A stretch of 64,000 nucleotides of DNA from a virus, in the IMG/VR virus record IMGVR_UViG_3300005673_000003, positions 64,001-128,000 of that record. The stretch is one strand, 5' to 3'. This document shows positions 57,786 through 64,000 of the stretch, piece after piece. The notes under the pieces are model-generated. The model searched no databases, was not told the DNA's origin, and saw only the letters and a list, made by a program, of their open reading frames with translations. Positions within the stretch are counted from its first letter, which is position 1. Each line of letters begins with the position of its first letter. The position numbers and the translations under genes were made by a program.

Positions 57786-58919
57786 TTACCAGCTAATGCC
57801 TCTAGCTGCCCACAGCTTAGTAGATTCTTCCTCAAGCTTTTTATATTTGCGGATAGCGGCTCGAAGTACATGAATGTTTGCGGCCATAGCCGCATCAGAT
57901 TCTTTGTAGCGAGGAATATTTTTTATCCCGGCAACATCTCCACCACCAAACCGAAGGCTAGAAACCCAGCTACTTGAATCAGAGGAATAGCAAGGGTAAC
58001 GCTTGAGCACCCATTCAGTAGTTACGCCTAACAAGTGAATCTTAGGCATCTTGCCAGTCTTCTTGTAATAACTCATGACGATATGGAAGCAGCTATCTAG
58101 CCAAGCCTGTAGCAACTTCTTATTCCTCGTATAGGGCACCAGTCCGCCTAATGCGACGTAATCGTAGCCGCTAAGGGTATGGTGGAGATGCCGCAGATCT
58201 ACCCCGAAAGTGACAATAGGGAGCGGCCTCATTCCCAGGCTTTCTAGAATCGATTGATTATTCCAACTGGCATCTTGATCTCCAATTACGTCGAGATTCA
58301 TAAAATGGAGCGCTGCCATCTTACTTCTCCGGCGCTTATCGAAATCAAGCGCCCATTCCGCATACTCTTGCGGCGTTATGGTTTTTCCGGTTGACCATGC
58401 AGTGAACGCGCCAGAGTCGATGATCACCCTCGGTCTAAGGTCAACAAGGTTGCTGATAGCAGCGATCGTATCGGTTACTTCCTTTCGGTCGGCATAGGTT
58501 GCTAAATGATTGTCATGCTCTGGCTTGATTTGCTTTTCCATCTCTTTTTCCATCTCTGGAGTGGCAGAATGCCCAGCGATATGGATATTCATGGGAGTAT
58601 GCCATGAATCACGCCATTGCTCCTCTTGCTCTTGGTAGGCATAGCTAAATAAATTTTCTGTCTTTCCCTCTTCTGGAAGCAGTTCCTTAACCGATCTCTG
58701 GCCGCTCAATCTTGCTATTGTATCTGTAAGGTGAATTCGCATTGCTTTCTGGTGTAACCTTGCTAATTCATTCCATAGCTCTGCCCATTTCTTCTCATAG
58801 CCTGCATGGGCAAAGCTGAGCAAAGATCCGGTTGCAAGCTCCTCAGCAAGAAGGACTCTGGAATTCCTGCCATCCGGCAATGTATCACTGGCTCCCGCCC
58901 ATACAAAATGCACCTTCAT
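57786..58919 (-). CDS. dpdA: DpdA-like 7-deazaguanine DNA transglycosylase, copy B, with three tandem N-terminal modules
   Basis: IIDSGAF, NLDVIG, ALGGLV, IHLLG, SSDSSSW; start at MKVHF. Confidence 0.8.
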   Translation of the reverse strand: MKVHFVWAGASDTLPDGRNSRVLLAEELATGSLLSFAHAGYEKKWAELWNELARLHQKAMRIHLTDTIARLSGQRSVKELLPEEGKTENLFSYAYQEQEEQWRDSWHTPMNIHIAGHSATPEMEKEMEKQIKPEHDNHLATYADRKEVTDTIAAISNLVDLRPRVIIDSGAFTAWSTGKTITPQEYAEWALDFDKRRRSKMAALHFMNLDVIGDQDASWNNQSILESLGMRPLPIVTFGVDLRHLHHTLSGYDYVALGGLVPYTRNKKLLQAWLDSCFHIVMSYYKKTGKMPKIHLLGVTTEWVLKRYPCYSSDSSSWVSSLRFGGGDVAGIKNIPRYKESDAAMAANIHVLRAAIRKYKKLEEESTKLWAARGISW

Positions 58920-58926
58920 ACAGCGA

Positions 58927-59746
58927 TCACCAGCTAATCCCCCTGCCTGCCCACAGCTTGGTTGCCTCCTCTTCCATCCGCTTATATTTGCGGATAGCCG
59001 CTCGAAGGACATGGATGTTTGCAGCCAGGGCAGCATCGCTTTCCTTGTACCTGGGAACCTGCTGAATCCCTGCAATATCACCGCGCCCAAACCGCAAGCT
59101 GGCAACCCATGAACTCGAATCAGAGGAGAAGCAGGGATAGCGTTTCATCGCCCAATCGCTGGTTATCCCCAGCAGATGCACCTTGGGCATTTTGCCAGTC
59201 TTGCGATATTGGGCCATGACAATTTGGAAGCAGTGATCTAGCCAAGCCTGTAGCAACTTCCGGTTGCCAGAATGGGGCACCAGTCCGCCCAGTGCGACGT
59301 AATCATAATTTTCAATCGCTCTTTGCAGATGGATAATATCCGCGCCAAAAGTAATGATCGGGATGGGTCGCATCCCTAGCCCTTCTAAAATTGATTGATT
59401 AATCCATGAAGCATCTTGATCTCCAATCACATCCAGGTTCATGAAGTGAAGCGAGTCCATCCGGTGCCGCCAGCGGCTATCAAAATCCTTTGCCCACTCA
59501 GCGTACTCTTTAGGGTCAACTGCCTTGCCAAGCGTGAATGCCGTGAACGCTCCAGAGTCAATGATTACTCTGGGTCTGATGCCTTGCTGTTGCAGGACGG
59601 GTTTGTAGGCTGGCTCCTCATTTTTGTAGGCATAGCTCATGTTTGTAGGCATAGCTCATGAGATGGTTCGAGGTTGATTCGAGTAAAAGGATTTGCTGCT
59701 GAATCCGGCTATTACCAGATGGATTCGCCGCGATATAGATATTCAT
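58927..59746 (-). pseudogene. dpdA: DpdA-like copy A, frameshifted by a 19-bp tandem duplication (catalytic core 58927-59640 intact)
   Basis: ATG 59746 gives MNIYIAAN...NHLMSYAYK; removing one repeat unit gives an 801-bp ORF. Confidence 0.75.
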
Positions 59747-60456
59747 TAAGCGGTCACTGGCTGCAATTCCCGATGCTTCCAGATTGGGTCAGGAACGCCC
59801 GCCTCTTGGAAGCCTCTATCTCTTAGCAAGCAGGCCGCACATTTACCGCAACCCCCTTTAACGCCTTGATAGCAGGTATGAGTCAGCTTCATGATTGACT
59901 CAAATTTATCTCCCATCACCTCCATTGCTAGGTGGACTGATTGAGCCTTGGTGAGGCTCATTAACGGAGTTTCGATAATGAATTTCCCAGGCTCTCCAAA
60001 ATTGGCAAGGCTTAAAGCATCCTGAAGCGCATCAATAAATACTCTGCGGCAATCTGGATAGCCAGAATAATCCGTCTCGCATACACCAGTAAACAATGTA
60101 TCAATCCCTCGCACGATCGCTCGATTGGATGCAATCGTAAGGAACAAAGCATTTCTGGATGGTACAAAGGTGCTGGCTATACCATCCGGTACATCCCCAG
60201 GAGCAGAATATTCTGGCACCTGATTATCAGAAACCAGCGGCGAGGTTCCTTTAAGCACTTTCCCCAGCTCGATAACTTCATGGGATTCAACGCCCATAAT
60301 CTTGCCTATCTGCACTGCAGATTCAATCTCGATTGAATGCTTTTGGCCGTAATCGAATGTGACGCAGTGTACTTTATCGAAAACCTGCTTAGCAACCGCC
60401 AAACAGGTTGTAGAGTCCTGACCGCCGCTAAGAATAACCAAACATTGATTAGACAT
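59746..60456 (-). CDS. queC: 7-cyano-7-deazaguanine synthase
   Basis: SGGQDS, FDYGQKH, VPSRN, SGYPDCR, TCY...CGKCAAC. Confidence 0.96.
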   Translation of the reverse strand: MSNQCLVILSGGQDSTTCLAVAKQVFDKVHCVTFDYGQKHSIEIESAVQIGKIMGVESHEVIELGKVLKGTSPLVSDNQVPEYSAPGDVPDGIASTFVPSRNALFLTIASNRAIVRGIDTLFTGVCETDYSGYPDCRRVFIDALQDALSLANFGEPGKFIIETPLMSLTKAQSVHLAMEVMGDKFESIMKLTHTCYQGVKGGCGKCAACLLRDRGFQEAGVPDPIWKHRELQPVTA

Positions 60457-60631
60457 TATTCCTTCCTTGATAGGGTTTGCAGATTTCGTTCCAGACTCTC
60501 TCGTAAGCTATCTCGTACTCTCTGTAAGCAAAACTCATCAGGTAATTGGCCCATAACTCTTGAGTCATCACCTGTCCGGTAAAAATTGATTGATGACTGC
60601 GATCGTTAGGCTGGCTAAGGTGGATTTGCAT
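60449..60631 (-). CDS. Free-standing DpdA N-terminal module peptide (60 aa)
   Basis: MQIHLS...NYLMSFAYREYE...W, homologous to module 2 of DpdA-B. Confidence 0.65.
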   Translation of the reverse strand: MQIHLSQPNDRSHQSIFTGQVMTQELWANYLMSFAYREYEIAYERVWNEICKPYQGRNNV

Positions 60632-60642
60632 ACTGCTATCGA

Positions 60643-60827
60643 CTAAGGATTACGAGTGTTTTCGATATGGCTGATTAGAGCTTCCCAGTACTGTTTCCAT
60701 CGGTGTTCATGCTCTCGAAATGCGTAGGACATTAAACTATTGCAGTAGAGTTCATCTGCCAAAAGAACCCTGAAGTCCTTACCGTCTGGCCTGTTATCCC
60801 CCCCGATTTAGCTAGATGAATTCTCAT
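60643..60827 (-). pseudogene. Free-standing DpdA N-terminal module, out of frame at a G7 tract
   Basis: [10 protein letters not shown] then, in the -1 frame, DNRPDGKDFRVLLADELYCNSLMSYAF, matching PDGRNSRVLLAEELATGSLLSFA of DpdA-B. Confidence 0.65.
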
Positions 60828-62491
60828 CTCATCAACTCCAGTACTTCTGCTCTAGCGCTTGCATCCTTCCGAAACACCCCACGCATACAGCTTGTAACCG
60901 TCTCCGAACCAGGCTTAAGCACTCCGCGAGTGGTCATGCAAGTATGGGCAGCCTTGAGAATTACAGCTACTCCAGACGGGTTAAGGATGCGCTCAATGGC
61001 ATCTGCTAACTGGTCAGTCAATCGCTCTTGCAATTGAGGTCGAGCGGCTAAAATATCCAGGCAGCGAGGAATCTTGGATAGCCCAACTACCTTTCCTGAT
61101 GGGATGTAAGCTACATGAGCAACACCGTAGAAGGGAAGCAAATGATGCTCACAATTATGGGTTAGTATCCCGCAAACCAGGAAAGTCGGATGCTCATCAC
61201 ACTGAAAGCTATAAACCTTTATCGGCTTATCAATTGTTTCGACGGATGCTACCGGAATAAATTCGCTTTCTCCCAGATCTAGGGTATGCTCAATCTGCTC
61301 AAACCCATGCTTGTTAAACCATCCCCGTCTATCCCATCCCATCCCGATATACATTGCGAAGCATCCAGCACCGTTATTTACGGGATAAGGCTTTGAGCCA
61401 ACTGCATCTCCAAGTTCATCTAAGAAGCCCTTATTTGTGCTTACGATGATTTGAGCAACCCCCTTCTTAAGCTGCTTTTGTGAACCATCTCCATCGGTGT
61501 ATCCCTCAAGAAATCCATCCATAATGGATTGATCTGTCAGTACGATTTTTGGCAATCGAAATATTTTCGTCTTTGATTTGCTGCCCAGATTAAACGGAAG
61601 CCCAAGCTGCTTTAGTAGGCGTTTCGCAATTTGGCTTGACGTGAATCTAACTCGGAATTGATCTACATCCTCCTTCCTGAATCCGCTACGCTTCTTAATT
61701 TTTTGTATGGGCACCTGAACTCCAAATGCTCCCACTAATGCTTTTTGAAACTTCTCAGCAAACCATTCATCGCAAACCTCCAGGCATACTCGCCTAGCAT
61801 CCTGGATCGAACCATCAGAAGCGATCGCGCCAAGCACGTATCCCAGATCCCTATTCAGATTAAAGGCAAATTGCTCTTTACATAAAGTTCTGGGATTAAT
61901 CCATTCGATAAGCTCTCCCGGATTAAGTTTGCCAGCTTCCTGCCAGCCGTACGGGGTTTTAATTGGATGATCTGGAGTAACCCCTATCTCGATGCCGTTG
62001 ATAAGCTTTAATCGGGTTATCGAAGGAGCTTCATGAGAGGTGACGGATTTAACCGTAGTCTGCACTGGAATTCCATGCTGAAGAGTCCATAGCCTATCTC
62101 CAGCTTTAATACTCCTTGCTTTTCTTGCCCCGCCAACCGCATTTACCAATTGATAGCCTGGTAAACATAAGCTGAAAAACTGAATATCCCGAATCAGTAC
62201 TATCTCATCATGGGTGCATTCAAAGGTTTTTACGAGTGGCAGCAATGGGTCTTCATGCAATCCAGCCGTAATCGTCGCCCAATGCTTTGCAACCCTGGCA
62301 GGAGTATCTCGCATCCCATCGCCGTCAAGCTTAGCTCCCCACAATAAACGCATTGCCGAGGATAGATGTGTTTCCACCTGAGCGAGTGTAGAGGCATCGA
62401 CTGGTGCAGGTTTCGTTGATCTGGACTGCAAGCAATCCTCTAAGTCCAGATTCTGAAAGTCGCTCGAAAAGCCATTCTGCGATCGCTTCAC
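60824..62491 (-). CDS. folE: GTP cyclohydrolase I with intein; start uncertain
   Basis: DTPARVA, FFSL|intein|[30 protein letters not shown]. Confidence 0.93.
   Translation of the reverse strand: MKRSQNGFSSDFQNLDLEDCLQSRSTKPAPVDASTLAQVETHLSSAMRLLWGAKLDGDGMRDTPARVAKHWATITAGLHEDPLLPLVKTFECTHDEIVLIRDIQFFSLCLPGYQLVNAVGGARKARSIKAGDRLWTLQHGIPVQTTVKSVTSHEAPSITRLKLINGIEIGVTPDHPIKTPYGWQEAGKLNPGELIEWINPRTLCKEQFAFNLNRDLGYVLGAIASDGSIQDARRVCLEVCDEWFAEKFQKALVGAFGVQVPIQKIKKRSGFRKEDVDQFRVRFTSSQIAKRLLKQLGLPFNLGSKSKTKIFRLPKIVLTDQSIMDGFLEGYTDGDGSQKQLKKGVAQIIVSTNKGFLDELGDAVGSKPYPVNNGAGCFAMYIGMGWDRRGWFNKHGFEQIEHTLDLGESEFIPVASVETIDKPIKVYSFQCDEHPTFLVCGILTHNCEHHLLPFYGVAHVAYIPSGKVVGLSKIPRCLDILAARPQLQERLTDQLADAIERILNPSGVAVILKAAHTCMTTRGVLKPGSETVTSCMRGVFRKDASARAEVLELMR
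61154..62167 (-). mobile_element. Intein with LAGLIDADG homing endonuclease (338 aa)
   Basis: Starts CLPG, TPDHP block B, LGAIASDG and [10 protein letters not shown], ends HN before Cys+1. Confidence 0.92.
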
Positions 62492-62759
62492 TCGTCGGAT
62501 TCTCCATCTCTAATGTGTCGTTAAGATGCCAATGATCTAAAAATTGATTGATTAACGGATTGAGCGCTGCTTTGATTTCCGAATAATCCATCACCATACC
62601 CTGCTTAGGCCCAGCGGTTTGCAGTGCATCCCCTTGGACGTAAATAATCCCTTTCCAGCTATGACCATGCAATCGGGCACACTTGCCATCATGGTTGGGC
62701 AGAAAATGAGATGCTTCAAAGGAAAACTCCTTTCCTAGAATCCATTTAGGTTGCATCAC
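62331..62759 (-). CDS. queD: 6-carboxytetrahydropterin synthase
   Basis: [28 protein letters not shown]. Confidence 0.95.
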   Translation of the reverse strand: MMQPKWILGKEFSFEASHFLPNHDGKCARLHGHSWKGIIYVQGDALQTAGPKQGMVMDYSEIKAALNPLINQFLDHWHLNDTLEMENPTSEAIAEWLFERLSESGLRGLLAVQINETCTSRCLYTRSGGNTSILGNAFIVGS

Positions 62760-63367
62760 CGCACTCCTATGTATTTGTGCATTTGAAGAGAAAGGCGGTA
62801 GCCAGGATTAGAGCGCAAGAGGTAAAGGCAGATTGGCAGCGTGCGCTCCCGGTCATCCCACTCCGACTGCAGGAAGACTGGCACCATTGGATCTTCTGGT
62901 AGCCACTTCCGATAGAATGCCAGCTCGTCGCCTGACGAAATGACGATTTTAATCTCGCTGGCATTTACCCAGAATTCGGGCTGCACCGGATACTTAGGAT
63001 TCAGATGCTGTTTAGGGCTAAGTGTTATCCATACCCCTGTAGGCAGCTTCTGCCATGCCGCTCCACTGGTTTCGATATGAACCGTTTTATTAGCGGCGTG
63101 CAGCGCTGCAACCAGCTCTGGTAGATTGCGCTGAATAAATGGCTCCCCACCCGTAATCACCACCCTGGAAGACTTTAATCTCCCAATCAAATCACTAATC
63201 TCTTGCTCTGATTGAGGTAAAAATTTGCCACCATCAGAGTAGCCGGTATCACACCATCGGCAACCAACCGGGCATCCATACAGCCTGATAAAGTCACATG
63301 GCGTGCCTGCCCAGTAGCCTTCCCCTTGGATTGTTTGCTGAAAATCTTCCTGGACTCGGATTCTCAC
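62756..63367 (-). CDS. queE: 7-carboxy-7-deazaguanine synthase (radical SAM); GTG start at 63367
   Basis: TIQGEG, CPVGCRWCDT, ITGGEP, IETSG, LSPK, LSLQMHK. Confidence 0.92.
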   Translation of the reverse strand: MRIRVQEDFQQTIQGEGYWAGTPCDFIRLYGCPVGCRWCDTGYSDGGKFLPQSEQEISDLIGRLKSSRVVITGGEPFIQRNLPELVAALHAANKTVHIETSGAAWQKLPTGVWITLSPKQHLNPKYPVQPEFWVNASEIKIVISSGDELAFYRKWLPEDPMVPVFLQSEWDDRERTLPICLYLLRSNPGYRLSLQMHKYIGVR

Positions 63368-64000
63368 GGAAATGGGTGGGTTCGGGAGGGGTGAAGCCCC
63401 TGGCTTCAGACATGGGGAGGTAATAGCCCCTCCCGCGCCTGCGGTAGCAGGCAGAGTCTCAAAATCCATACGAATAACCGTCCTTCTTGTGGATTGGTTT
63501 GCAATATTTGTGGCTGATACCTGCCACCCTTCCGGCAGTGGTGTTGATATCGAAACTGCCTGATGCACGACAAAGAACTCGACCCACATAAGAGCCGATT
63601 TTCTTACCTGCTGTAACAGTTGCGGTAACGATATCGCCTGTTTGAAAGCCTTTGTGAATCTGGACTCTGGATTTATGGCGAGTGGGAAAGCCGTACTTAT
63701 CCGTTCCACACATCTGCCGACTTCCATGCCCTTTTGCCGCAATCAGCAACGGCTTTGAAGCGAGAACTTTCAACGTTCCAACATTGCCAACACACGCCGC
63801 ATCAAACCAATGAGATTTAGGCAGATTTAACCGAGTGCGATTGAACTTGGTTTGTCCACCTGTCCCCGTGGTTACTGGCAAACCCGTTATCTTCAGAGCG
63901 TTGAACAATGCCCATCGGGTAGAGTTGACCGCAGCCGCATCTTTAAGCGGTGATTTTGCCTGTTTGAGAATTCGACTCAGCAAATCAGGCTTATCCGCTA
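63368..64000 (-). mobile_element. IscB-encoding IS200/IS605 element; right end abuts the queE start
   Basis: Right-end hairpin CTCCCCATGTCTGAAGCCAGGGG followed by GTGAGA. Confidence 0.7.
63459..64000 (-). CDS. iscB: IscB, C-terminal part (5' end outside the window)
   Basis: KSPLKDAAAVNSTRW, TKFNR, KSHWFDAACVG, GFQTGD, DGYSY. Confidence 0.9.
   Translation of the reverse strand, partial: ADKPDLLSRILKQAKSPLKDAAAVNSTRWALFNALKITGLPVTTGTGGQTKFNRTRLNLPKSHWFDAACVGNVGTLKVLASKPLLIAAKGHGSRQMCGTDKYGFPTRHKSRVQIHKGFQTGDIVTATVTAGKKIGSYVGRVLCRASGSFDINTTAGRVAGISHKYCKPIHKKDGYSYGF

Noticed and set aside
58920-59105. N-terminal extension of the 439-aa DpdA ORF
   Set aside because: It overlaps the dpdA-A core in another frame; MKVHF at 58919 matches the module start pattern
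57786-59652. tRNA-guanine transglycosylase (queuosine tRNA pathway)
   Set aside because: No TGT zinc-binding CxCxxC and no queA/queF; the phage and ParB context fits DNA-acting DpdA
63368-63460. IStron (group I intron-IS fusion)
   Set aside because: No intron core is visible in the window and the insertion is at a gene boundary; the 5' part lies outside the window
63368-63742. N-terminal 125 aa of the 328-aa QueE ORF
   Set aside because: It is an alternate frame of iscB and the IS end; QueE homology begins at about 63367
1-64000. CRISPR array, tRNA or rRNA genes
   Set aside because: No regularly spaced repeat-spacer array or recognisable structural RNA gene was seen; the repeated motifs are dispersed

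Overview
This window is a 64-kb piece of a large cyanobacterial myovirus-type phage, probably a phage-plasmid. The host call rests on many HIP1 GCGATCGC sites and cyanobacterial-type QueE, ParG, IscB and IsrB proteins. It carries portal, protease/scaffold, major capsid, head-tail, baseplate J, spike, tail-fibre and tail-chaperone genes, interleaved with early genes. It also encodes Rep, DnaB, DnaG, ParA/ParG, MoxR-vWA-DUF3150, a 1070-aa polyvalent LPD29-WGR-MTase, two HD-GYP phosphodiesterases inside the virion operon, and three IS200/IS605 OMEGA elements (TnpB, IsrB, IscB). The right end holds a 7-deazaguanine DNA-modification cluster: queE, queD, intein-containing folE, queC, two dpdA-like genes, ParB-N and DUF6884. 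Strongest leads: (1) six homologous 'MxIH...LxSYA' N-terminal modules on or beside the two DpdA cores, two of them broken by reversible-looking lesions (a G7 tract and a 19-bp tandem duplication); (2) an AATCAATCRATT leader motif before most genes, plus a candidate antisense sRNA; (3) IsrB and IscB insertions placed exactly at RTGA start codons; (4) a possible invertible promoter. All calls come from reading motifs by eye; no database searches were run.
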